Position numbers and translations under genes: made by a program. Below, piece after piece: positions 56,845 through 64,000 of a stretch of 64,000 nucleotides of DNA. This DNA comes from an uncultured Terriglobus sp. GTDB lineage: Bacteria > Acidobacteriota > Terriglobia > Terriglobales > Acidobacteriaceae. The notes below the pieces were generated by a model, which saw nothing but the letters and a program-made list of their open reading frames with translations, was not told where the DNA came from and did no database searches. Location: positions 39,456 through 103,455 of the forward strand of contig CAXUHI010000012.1 in assembly GCA_964251045.1 (NCBI GenBank). Direction: 5' to 3'. Numbering within the stretch: position 1 is the stretch's first letter; each line of letters begins with the position of its first letter.

Positions 56845-58035
56845 TCAAGCTTCCGAATGGACAGACGTACGAAGCGGGACAGCGACCTTGTTGGAGGTGA
56901 AGAGCCGCTTGATCTCGTTAATGAAAGCGACAAGCGTGACCAGAACAACCTGGCGGTTCAGGAACTCGTTGTAATCCATGATCATGGGTGTTGGGCACTT
57001 TTCACAGATCGCGTTGACGGGCCCGCCGCGGCCCGCAAACCTGTTCCGTACCGACTGGAACGTGGAGTTGTTCACAACATCCATGTACGACGATTTCTCG
57101 CCTGTGTGGCCGATGGTGCCAAAGTCGTCGGCCACCTGAAAGGTTGTGCAGCACGGCGTGACGGTGCCATCCCAGTTGACTGCGGCTGACATGTAATGCC
57201 ATCCGCACCGCGAATGGCTCTTCGTGGCAGACGCACTATGTGTTTGAATCTGGTACAGGGGGTCGGTCGATTGCCAACCGGCGATCTTCTGACGATCTGC
57301 TTCCGGCACAGGAAAGCGATCGGTTTGCAGAAAGGGTGTGCGAAACTCCAGCCGGTCCACTCCCAGCTCCGTGGCCAGTTCGGTGACGCGGCCTCTTTCG
57401 TGCTCGTTGAATGAGAACACCAGAAATTGCCAGGTAATGATCGGGGTCGTCTGTCCCAGGCGACGCTTCAGAGCGATCATGCGGCGGAGGTTATCAAGAA
57501 CAAGATCGATCTTTCCCTGCCGCCTGTATTGCCCATAGGTTTCCGTGCTGATGCCGTCTGCCGCGACGACAAGTTCGTTCAGGCCGGAGGTGACAAGGCG
57601 CTCCAGACGCTCATCAGAAAGCGGCAGACTCAGGTTGGTACTCATGCTTGAGACGATCTTCTTTTGCGACGCCAGCAGAAGCAGATCTTCCGTGTGCGGG
57701 TTCAGAAGCGGCTCGCCCCAGTTGAAGAAGTCGATGAAAAAAAGTGAGTCGCCAACCTCATCGATCAGGCGCTTGATCATTTCGTATTCCGCATGACCCT
57801 TGCTGCGGTCCTGGACGCGTTGACCAGTAGGGCAAAGCGGACAGCGTAGCTGGCACACGTTCGTCGGATCGATGGTCAGCTTTGTCGGCTTGGCCTGAAT
57901 CTTTGCGACGCCGTGCTTGAGTTCGTAGTTACTGCGGACCCAGTTGAGATACGCTGCCGGCCGGCGGAGACGGACATTCATGGCCGTAAAAAGCCTGTAT
58001 TTGTCTAAGATTCGCGAGGAAATACTCTTCAACAC
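56845..58035 (-). CDS. Radical SAM enzyme with a C-terminal SPASM (auxiliary Fe-S) domain.
   Basis: CQLRCPLC (CX3CX2C) at about nt 57832-57858, GGEPLL-like NWGEPLLNP, and a Cys-rich C-terminus CGWHYMSAAVNWDGTVTPCC...CEKCP. Confidence 0.9.
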   Translation of the reverse strand: MLKSISSRILDKYRLFTAMNVRLRRPAAYLNWVRSNYELKHGVAKIQAKPTKLTIDPTNVCQLRCPLCPTGQRVQDRSKGHAEYEMIKRLIDEVGDSLFFIDFFNWGEPLLNPHTEDLLLLASQKKIVSSMSTNLSLPLSDERLERLVTSGLNELVVAADGISTETYGQYRRQGKIDLVLDNLRRMIALKRRLGQTTPIITWQFLVFSFNEHERGRVTELATELGVDRLEFRTPFLQTDRFPVPEADRQKIAGWQSTDPLYQIQTHSASATKSHSRCGWHYMSAAVNWDGTVTPCCTTFQVADDFGTIGHTGEKSSYMDVVNNSTFQSVRNRFAGRGGPVNAICEKCPTPMIMDYNEFLNRQVVLVTLVAFINEIKRLFTSNKVAVPLRTSVHSEA

Positions 58036-58221
58036 AGACCAGCCCCTGAAACAGCACTATAGGCGAACACCCCCATCAGGATGCGAACGCTTCACGAATC
58101 AAAGATGTGCCGCAGGGAAGCGCTTACTCGTGCGTAAAGGTATTGCATTCAACCATAGTCGCAACTCTCGCAGAGGGCAGGCGAAATGTCAAACACATCC
58201 CTCGGAGAGTTTCTCTGTGAT

Positions 58222-58947
58222 TTACACCGTGAGATCTGATCGCGTAAAGGCGTTTTGCTGGTACTTCGTCTTGGCCCTCTGCAGGTGTCTCACCCGCTCG
58301 GGCGAAAGAGGCTGTGCCGACCCTATCTGATGGGCTGCAAGAGCTATCCGGGCGAGGTGCTCCACGGTTTCCATCTTCATGAAGGCGTCAAGCAGCGTAG
58401 GGCCGAAGCTCACAGCGCCATGATTTTCCAGCAAAACCGCATCGTGTTCACCGATATGTGGTTCCAGGCTCTGCGCCACTTCGTGCGTCCCTGTAGTTGC
58501 GTACCCGGCAAGCGGGACACAGCCCAGGGTCATCACTGCTTCCTGACACAGGATCTCGTCGAGAGCCCGGCCAGAGCAGGCGAACGCGGTGGCTGTTGAG
58601 GGATGGGCGTGAATGACCGCTTTTACGTCGGAGCGCCCGTGATACACCGCGAGGTGCATGCCGACTTCGCTCGTGACGTTCCTTGTGCCGGCGAGCAGAC
58701 ATCCGTGGAGATCGACGATAACCATGTCTGCAGCCTTTACCAGAGCTTTGCTCATGCCGGTCGGCGTCACGAGAAGCCGTTCCCCGTCGAGTCGAACGGA
58801 GAGATTTCCTGAGGTCCCAGGGGTGAAGCTTAAACGTGAGAGCCAGCGACTGAATTTCACCAGCTCCCGGCGCAGATGTTCTTCCTCACTGAATGAACCT
58901 TCCGTAAGCATTGGCTTCCCTCCGTCGTCCTGAAGTGCTGGTGTCAA
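58222..58947 (-). CDS. Class II aldolase/adducin-family protein (fuculose-P aldolase / ribulose-5-P epimerase fold).
   Basis: GTSGNLSVRL...LLVTPTG...EVGMHLAVY...AVIHAHP (metal-binding His motifs). Confidence 0.85.
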   Translation of the reverse strand: MTPALQDDGGKPMLTEGSFSEEEHLRRELVKFSRWLSRLSFTPGTSGNLSVRLDGERLLVTPTGMSKALVKAADMVIVDLHGCLLAGTRNVTSEVGMHLAVYHGRSDVKAVIHAHPSTATAFACSGRALDEILCQEAVMTLGCVPLAGYATTGTHEVAQSLEPHIGEHDAVLLENHGAVSFGPTLLDAFMKMETVEHLARIALAAHQIGSAQPLSPERVRHLQRAKTKYQQNAFTRSDLTV

Positions 58948-59393
58948 AGCGTCCGGTGAACGGCGTCGTTGAGTAGCGGGAGGTAAGCGTCATCGCCGGA
59001 ACAGGACAAGAACTGTCAGTGTTATCTGGAACCTCTTTTGTATCGCAAATCCTATGGACAGGTAACGGACTTTCTGGTCATTTGCCCTTTAGCCGATCTG
59101 CACGCGCCGGACCAGCCGAGAGGGATGTCGTCTGCTCGTATTGAACTTGCTGGGATGGGCGTTTGCCACTGGAGGAGGAGGAACGCCGCAGCGCTCTGCC
59201 AAAGGCGAAATCAGGCTGTGGACTCCTAGTCGGTGCCGCTTGCACCCGGAGCTGACGCTACATGCACACGGCCACGCATCTACCGACGAGGCGTGCGATG
59301 AATGCTGACATAATGCCCTAGGGATGTAAACCAAGCTTGAAGACACCGGTCTTCGCAACGGGATAGGAAAGGCTTTGGCCTGAGGAAACGACA

Positions 59394-60161
59394 ATGAAAG
59401 CAGTGATTTTAGCTGGTGGTCTGGGTACGCGCCTCTCTGAAGAGACGTCGCTTCGGCCCAAACCCATGGTGGAGATCGGCGGCCGGCCGATCCTCTGGCA
59501 CATCCTGAAGATCTACTCGCAGCACGGCATCCATGACTTCGTCATTTGCTGCGGCTACAAGGGCTACGTCATAAAGGAGTATTTCGCCAACTACTTCTTG
59601 CACACTTCCGACGTGACATTTGACATGCAGATCAACGCAATGACAGTACATAGTTCCGTGGCTGAACCGTGGAAAGTGACTCTTGTCGACACGGGCCATT
59701 CCACCGGAACGGGCGGCCGGCTCCGGCGCGTGCGGAAGTACCTGGCGCCAGACGAGCCGTTCTGTCTAACGTATGGCGACGGAGTGGCTGATGTGGACAT
59801 CACGGCGCTCATCGCATTCCATAAAGACCACAACAAGGCGGTTACGCTGACAAGTGTGCAGCCAACGGCACGCTTCGGCGCCTTGGGGCTGAAGGATACG
59901 CTGATCTATTCCTTTCAGGAAAAGCCCACAGATGAAGGTGGGTGGATCAACGGCGGCTTTTTTGTGTTAAACCCGTCCGCTATCGACGCCGTCACCGACG
60001 ATACCCAGATGTTCGAGCGCGAACCGATCACAGAGCTCGTGAGGGAGGGAGAGGTGCATGCCTTCTTTCATCATGGATTCTGGCAGGCCATGGACACGCT
60101 CCGTGATAGGCAAAATCTCGAGGAGCTTTGGCAGAAAGGGGCACCATGGAAGACCTGGTAA
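59394..60161 (+). CDS. rfbF: Glucose-1-phosphate cytidylyltransferase.
   Basis: [42 protein letters not shown]...[11 protein letters not shown]...TGGRL..., near-canonical RfbF blocks. RBS GAGGAA. Confidence 0.95.
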   Translation: MKAVILAGGLGTRLSEETSLRPKPMVEIGGRPILWHILKIYSQHGIHDFVICCGYKGYVIKEYFANYFLHTSDVTFDMQINAMTVHSSVAEPWKVTLVDTGHSTGTGGRLRRVRKYLAPDEPFCLTYGDGVADVDITALIAFHKDHNKAVTLTSVQPTARFGALGLKDTLIYSFQEKPTDEGGWINGGFFVLNPSAIDAVTDDTQMFEREPITELVREGEVHAFFHHGFWQAMDTLRDRQNLEELWQKGAPWKTW

Positions 60162-61258
60162 GACTTTCAAACGCGGAAAGCAACACCTGGGCCGGGCGGC
60201 GGGTGTTCCTGACGGGGCATACCGGCTTCAAGGGCGGATGGCTCGCGCTTTGGCTCGCGCGCCGTGGCGCGATCGTCCGTGGGTATGCACTTGATCCAGG
60301 TACCTCACCCAACCTCTTCCAGGAGGCCCGCGTCGGTGACGTCATCGAGGACGTGCGAGGAGATATTCGCGACGGGAGCCGCGTCGAGGCGGCGATGAAG
60401 GAGTTCGTTCCTGAGGTTGTGTTTCACCTTGCGGCTCAGCCCTTGGTGAGGCTTTCGTATGCCGACCCCATCACAACCTACGAGACCAACGTCATTGGGA
60501 CGGCCCGCGTGCTGGATGCGGTGCGTCGCACGCCTTCGGTGCGTGCGGTGGTCTCTGTTACGACGGATAAGTGCTACGAGAACAAAGAGTGGCATTGGGG
60601 ATATCGCGAAACGGATCCGCTTGGCGGCTATGATCCGTACTCCAGCTCTAAGGCGTGTGCTGAGATCGTTTCCGCGACGTTTCGGCAGTCGTACTTTCCA
60701 GTGGACAAACACTCTGAGCACCGGGTCGGAGTCGCAACCGCCCGCGCCGGTAACGTGATCGGTGGCGGAGACTGGGCCATGGACCGCTTGCTGCCGGACT
60801 TGGTCCGCGGGTTCCTGAGCGGGGAACCAGTTGCGATCCGCAGGCCTGGAGCCATCCGCCCATGGCAGCACGTGCTGGAGCCGCTGCATGGTTATCTCAC
60901 GGTAGCGGAGAAGCTGCTGTCAAAGAACGCTCCACGCTATGCCACCGCTTTCAACTTCGGACCGGCCAATGATGATGCAAAACCGGTCGGCTGGATCGCG
61001 GACCGCATGGTTCAGACCTGGGGCGAGGGCACGTCCTGGTTCCGGGACGGAGATCCCGGAGTGCATGAAGCAGGCTTCCTGAAGCTGGACGCAAGCCGCG
61101 CACGGGCCGAGCTAGGTTGGCAGCCAAGAACAGACCTTGGTGTCGCATTGGATTGGCTTGTTGAGTGGTACAAAGCACAGCATCAAGGTGAAAACATGCA
61201 TGCCTTCACCTTGGAGCAGATCAGCCGCTATGAGGCACTCGCTCGGCCGGGTGAATAA
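60146..61258 (+). CDS. rfbG: CDP-glucose 4,6-dehydratase.
   Basis: [32 protein letters not shown] and YSSSK (YxxxK). Overlaps the rfbF 3' end. Confidence 0.9.
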   Translation: MEDLVRLSNAESNTWAGRRVFLTGHTGFKGGWLALWLARRGAIVRGYALDPGTSPNLFQEARVGDVIEDVRGDIRDGSRVEAAMKEFVPEVVFHLAAQPLVRLSYADPITTYETNVIGTARVLDAVRRTPSVRAVVSVTTDKCYENKEWHWGYRETDPLGGYDPYSSSKACAEIVSATFRQSYFPVDKHSEHRVGVATARAGNVIGGGDWAMDRLLPDLVRGFLSGEPVAIRRPGAIRPWQHVLEPLHGYLTVAEKLLSKNAPRYATAFNFGPANDDAKPVGWIADRMVQTWGEGTSWFRDGDPGVHEAGFLKLDASRARAELGWQPRTDLGVALDWLVEWYKAQHQGENMHAFTLEQISRYEALARPGE

Positions 61259-61602
61259 CCTCTCAGCCTTTGCCTGGAAGAGCGCGGAGTTATAGACGCA
61301 TGTTTAAGAGAATCAAGAGCTTTGTGAAGCTGGTTCCCGCTCCGTGCGGTACCCGAATGCCGGCACTTACCTTGAGAGAGACCGGCTGGAATGGCCAAGT
61401 GGATTGTGGGTCGCAGCTCCATCGAAACCCTCAACGCCGCTCTCTACCTCGTCTATCTCTCCAACAAGCCTTACGTCCCGCTGAAGAATCGCTAGCTCCG
61501 GCCTGGGCAGTTCGAAGTAGGCATCCGACAACTGCATTTCTCGGTACTAATCGTGCCAGTCGGTAACTAGCGTCGTGCCTTATGCTGTTGTGAGGCGTTG
61601 GC

Positions 61603-62565
61603 TTAAGTGGCAATCACGCTACCAGCGCCAGCTTCGCGCATGACCCCTGAACTGTTTGCAAGCAACGCGCGCGTCTCAGCGACAACACGGTTCTGACAGT
61701 CGGTGTCCCGCACGAACGCGGATCCGTTCATCGGATGGCCGCCTTCGTCGAAATAGACACCGGTTGCACCGGCGGTAGCGGTAAGGATCCTCCTGAATAC
61801 GCGCGCAGCCCGTTTGGGTGTGTTCAGCACTTTCACAAACGGCAAAAGCACTGGAACTAGCACAGAGATCAGGATTTTGCGCCCGGTGCTCATATGGCCA
61901 TGCAGGCCTGTGGCGAGCATGACTCCGGGTTCGATGGCGTTGATGTGCAGCCGTGGATTCTCACGCGCAAGCACCAGCGCTGTAACGATGCTGCACTGCT
62001 TCGACGTGGCATAGGCATCCATCCCGGACTTGGCGGAACCACCTGCCTTCCATTCGCCTCGCAAACTTGCTTCGGCAGAGACGTAGCGGCCGCCGCGAAA
62101 ACCGGCCCGCACCGCAGGCTTGCGCTCTGGATCTTCCGTGGCGGAACCAACGAAAAGAACATTCGCACCGTTCTCGAGATGCGGGAGCAAGGCCTCTGTT
62201 AGTGCAAAGGGGCCAATGTGATTCGTCACAAACGTGTTATCCCAACCATCTGCAGTTTTTGTCACGCCTGGATTTTGGATACCAGCGTTGTTGAGCAAGC
62301 CGACGAGCTTGAGATCGAGTGAAAGTATCTCGGCAGCCGCACGATGAACGCTCCGCAAATCCGACATGTCACACAAAATGGGCACCGCCTGTCCGCCCGC
62401 TTTCTCGATCGTTTTCTGCACGTCTCGGAGCTTGTTGAGATTCCTCCCCACAATCACCAGCGTGCCTTCTTTTGCCATCACCAGCGCGGTTGCATAGCCG
62501 ACGCCTGAGGTTGGCCCCGTGATGATATACGCCCTGGTTTCCGAAGTGCCCTTACGAAGGGACAT
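61603..62565 (-). CDS. Classical SDR-family oxidoreductase.
   Basis: ITGPTSGVGYATA (TGxxxGxG), NNAG and YATSK (YxxxK). Confidence 0.85.
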   Translation of the reverse strand: MSLRKGTSETRAYIITGPTSGVGYATALVMAKEGTLVIVGRNLNKLRDVQKTIEKAGGQAVPILCDMSDLRSVHRAAAEILSLDLKLVGLLNNAGIQNPGVTKTADGWDNTFVTNHIGPFALTEALLPHLENGANVLFVGSATEDPERKPAVRAGFRGGRYVSAEASLRGEWKAGGSAKSGMDAYATSKQCSIVTALVLARENPRLHINAIEPGVMLATGLHGHMSTGRKILISVLVPVLLPFVKVLNTPKRAARVFRRILTATAGATGVYFDEGGHPMNGSAFVRDTDCQNRVVAETRALLANSSGVMREAGAGSVIAT

Positions 62566-62615
62566 GCTTTCCTCCTTTTATGTCTGACCAGCCAGTTATT
62601 TACCTTGACATAATT

Positions 62616-63182
62616 TCACATCAACATGCGACACATCGCTTCAAACCCGTCTTTGCAGTGCTTCTTGCCATTCTCCGGGTCTTGACTCATGAACGCCATT
62701 GTCGCGTCCGCAACTGAGTTAAGCAGCACGCCGACGAATGCCGGTGGAACCTTACTCATCGGTCCCGCAGCACGAAAATGCTCCATCAACTCTCCGAGTG
62801 GCCTCATCATCTTTTGCGCGGCGGCACGCGTTTCAGGAGTGATCGCCTCAGAAACATCAAGTTGGGTCAACGCGTTGCGCTTTTCAGGAAAGGTGACCGC
62901 CCAATGCGTCCAGTTTCTCCAGACCTGGAAGAAGTGTTCACGAGACAACTTGGCTTCTCTCACGTCCTGCACTGCAGCTGCACTCATTTCCGATTTGAGT
63001 TCGAGATACAGCTGATTGAAAAGATCTGCTTTTGTTGGGAAATAGGTAAAAAGGGACCCGTTGGGTATTCCGGCCGCTTTCGCAATGCCCATCGTTGGTG
63101 TTGCCAAACCCTGTTCCACGATCAGGTGAGTCGCCGCAGTCAGAATAGCGCTTCGTTTCTCGTCGCTCCTCACCCTGGGCAT
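62616..63182 (-). CDS. TetR/AcrR-family transcriptional regulator.
   Basis: N-terminal HTH: RSAILTAATHLIVEQGLATPTMGIAKAAGIPNGSLFTYFPTKADLF. Confidence 0.9.
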   Translation of the reverse strand: MPRVRSDEKRSAILTAATHLIVEQGLATPTMGIAKAAGIPNGSLFTYFPTKADLFNQLYLELKSEMSAAAVQDVREAKLSREHFFQVWRNWTHWAVTFPEKRNALTQLDVSEAITPETRAAAQKMMRPLGELMEHFRAAGPMSKVPPAFVGVLLNSVADATMAFMSQDPENGKKHCKDGFEAMCRMLM

Positions 63183-63240
63183 GTTCCAAGTGTATACCGA
63201 TATCCGTCTAGTCAGTCAACTACTGCCCTCAATTCCTGCC

Positions 63241-63609
63241 TTAGGCAGGGACATCGTGCCCCACGTGCGGGAGAAATCGGTATTGCCAAGTCGCATTAGC
63301 GGAAGCAATCATCTGAAAGCCGGAGTGGGCAAGACACAAGCTTGGCGCCCAGTTTTCGTGCCCGGCGATTTCGTCATTAACGGCCCGGGTCTCATCGTCG
63401 TGTAGTGGTATCTCCTGCCGCAGTCTCAGCAGGCTTGCCGTGGCTTCAATACTTTGAGCCTTGCTGGACTCCTTGGGCACGTAGATGGCCTGCGCTCGTT
63501 GCGACTGATTGAAGGCGGTGCACAAGTTCAGAAGCGATGTTCGTTCGTGATCGATGTGATCGATACAAAGGATTGGTGCGGGAGAAGTTTGAGTGGGTAT
63601 CCCGGTCAT
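63241..63609 (-). CDS. Hypothetical protein (weak call).
   Basis: 122-aa ORF with protein-like composition and no recognisable motif. Its start would be only 27 nt from a divergent RBS and ATG, which argues for caution. Confidence 0.3.
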   Translation of the reverse strand: MTGIPTQTSPAPILCIDHIDHERTSLLNLCTAFNQSQRAQAIYVPKESSKAQSIEATASLLRLRQEIPLHDDETRAVNDEIAGHENWAPSLCLAHSGFQMIASANATWQYRFLPHVGHDVPA

Positions 63610-63636
63610 CTGATCATAAGCAGGAGGAGAAAGCCG

Positions 63637-64000
63637 ATGTCACAGAATGAGGCTCTGCAGGCTCGCTTAGCAGTGGTAGCAGAGTTTCCGAGAGACTACT
63701 TTCTGGAGAATATCGTCGAGTCATTCTTGTTGCGGATGCCTTTGCAGGCCTGATCTGGAGACTGGATCCTGGCCTGAATAGCGGCTTCACGCAGAGCGTT
63801 GCGGGACACCCCTTCACCGAAGAGTTGATCGGTCCGTCAAGCGTCGCATGGAGACGGGGACCCACAGATTACGGACGGGTCGCGTTCATCACCTCTGATG
63901 GCGGAACTGCCTCTCCGGCTTATGAAGGGCTGCAGACGGCAAAGCTGCTGAAACTTCAATTACAGCCGGTTCCCGCTGCGTTCAGGGGTTCTACAAGACA
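63637..64000 (+). pseudogene. Possible frameshifted or partial gene, tentatively a six-bladed beta-propeller lactonase-like family. Continues past the window end.
   Basis: Strong RBS AGGAGGA, then ATG 63637: MSQNEALQARLAVVAEFPRDYFLENIV, with a stop at 63753. The plausible continuation (R)VILVADAFAGLIWRLDPG... is in another frame from about 63719 and stays open to nt 64000. Confidence 0.3.

Noticed and set aside
58036-58221. Tiny minus-strand ORFs upstream of the radical SAM gene (MCLTFRLPSARVATMVECNTFTHE and MGVFAYSAVSGAGLC) as possible RiPP precursors.
   Set aside because: They have no RBS, no leader-like motif and no repeated Cys/Gly core. The genomic context is sugar metabolism. The support is insufficient.
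61390-61494. 34-aa + strand peptide MAKWIVGRSSIETLNAALYLVYL..., reminiscent of the LGHSSIxTT...Y C-terminal box of tyrosine recombinases. It could be a distal island boundary.
   Set aside because: It is too short, the catalytic His and Tyr context is not preserved, and there is no upstream integrase sequence. It could be chance. It is only worth a frameshift-tolerant BLASTX.
1-64000. CRISPR arrays, rRNA genes, IS elements and intact prophage or defence genes.
   Set aside because: I saw no regularly spaced direct repeats with unique spacers. The only tandem repeats are coding ones, at 1-2060, 24220-24260 and 29316-29817. There is no transposase or nuclease/ATPase defence-type ORF, and the only mobile-element trace is the integrase remnant.

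Overview
High-GC bacterial chromosome segment. The gene content looks Acidobacteriota/Terriglobia-like: PEP-CTERM cargo, a DUF1800/DUF1501 pair, a giant BNR plus Ig-like-repeat protein, and a Wzx/Wzy polysaccharide locus. That taxonomy is inference only.

1-27.3 kb is mostly core-type genes:
- A >1,640-aa secreted propeller/Ig-repeat protein. It runs off the window, so it is missing from the ORF track.
- A UDP-N-acetyl-hexosamine dehydrogenase and 4-epimerase pair.
- fdhD, a small conserved ORF and a lone xanthine-dehydrogenase-family Mo subunit, followed by a bis-MGD (MopB) oxidoreductase.
- A sialidase-like BNR protein, ruvA, and a frameshift-decayed brnT/brnA toxin-antitoxin pair.
- A Gfo/Idh/MocA operon, rlpA, a Tat-signal bicupin oxalate decarboxylase, ruvX, greA, dps and an orphan dnaN.

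27.8-61.3 kb starts with tRNA-Ala(GGC) followed immediately by a truncated tyrosine-integrase remnant. Then comes a ~33-kb exopolysaccharide locus. To the eye it is lower in GC, but I did not compute this. It contains:
- A PEP-CTERM protein and a DUF1800/DUF1501 pair.
- A GumC/Wzz-type co-polymerase, a catalytically degenerate BY-kinase-like protein, Wzy, Wzx and a Wza-like lipoprotein.
- A priming phosphoglycosyl transferase and seven glycosyltransferases, one of them a GT2-GT26 fusion.
- A methyltransferase, two tandem hexapeptide acyltransferases and an Asp/Asn beta-hydroxylase-family oxygenase.
- A membrane-anchored CBM plus clan GH-A hydrolase and a DegT aminotransferase.
- rfbF-rfbG (CDP-hexose), transcribed divergently from a class II aldolase, radical SAM/SPASM and small membrane protein operon.

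61.6-64 kb carries an SDR, a TetR regulator and low-confidence or decayed ORFs. I found no rRNA, CRISPR array or intact transposase.

The candidates I rate highest for something undescribed are:
1. The aldolase / radical-SAM-SPASM module wired to CDP-hexose synthesis.
2. The fdhD / small ORF / orphan XDH-type Mo-subunit arrangement.
3. The 490-nt hairpin- and repeat-rich non-coding spacer between dnaN and tRNA-Ala.
4. The dead-kinase partner of the co-polymerase.

All family assignments come from reading motifs by eye. No searches were run.
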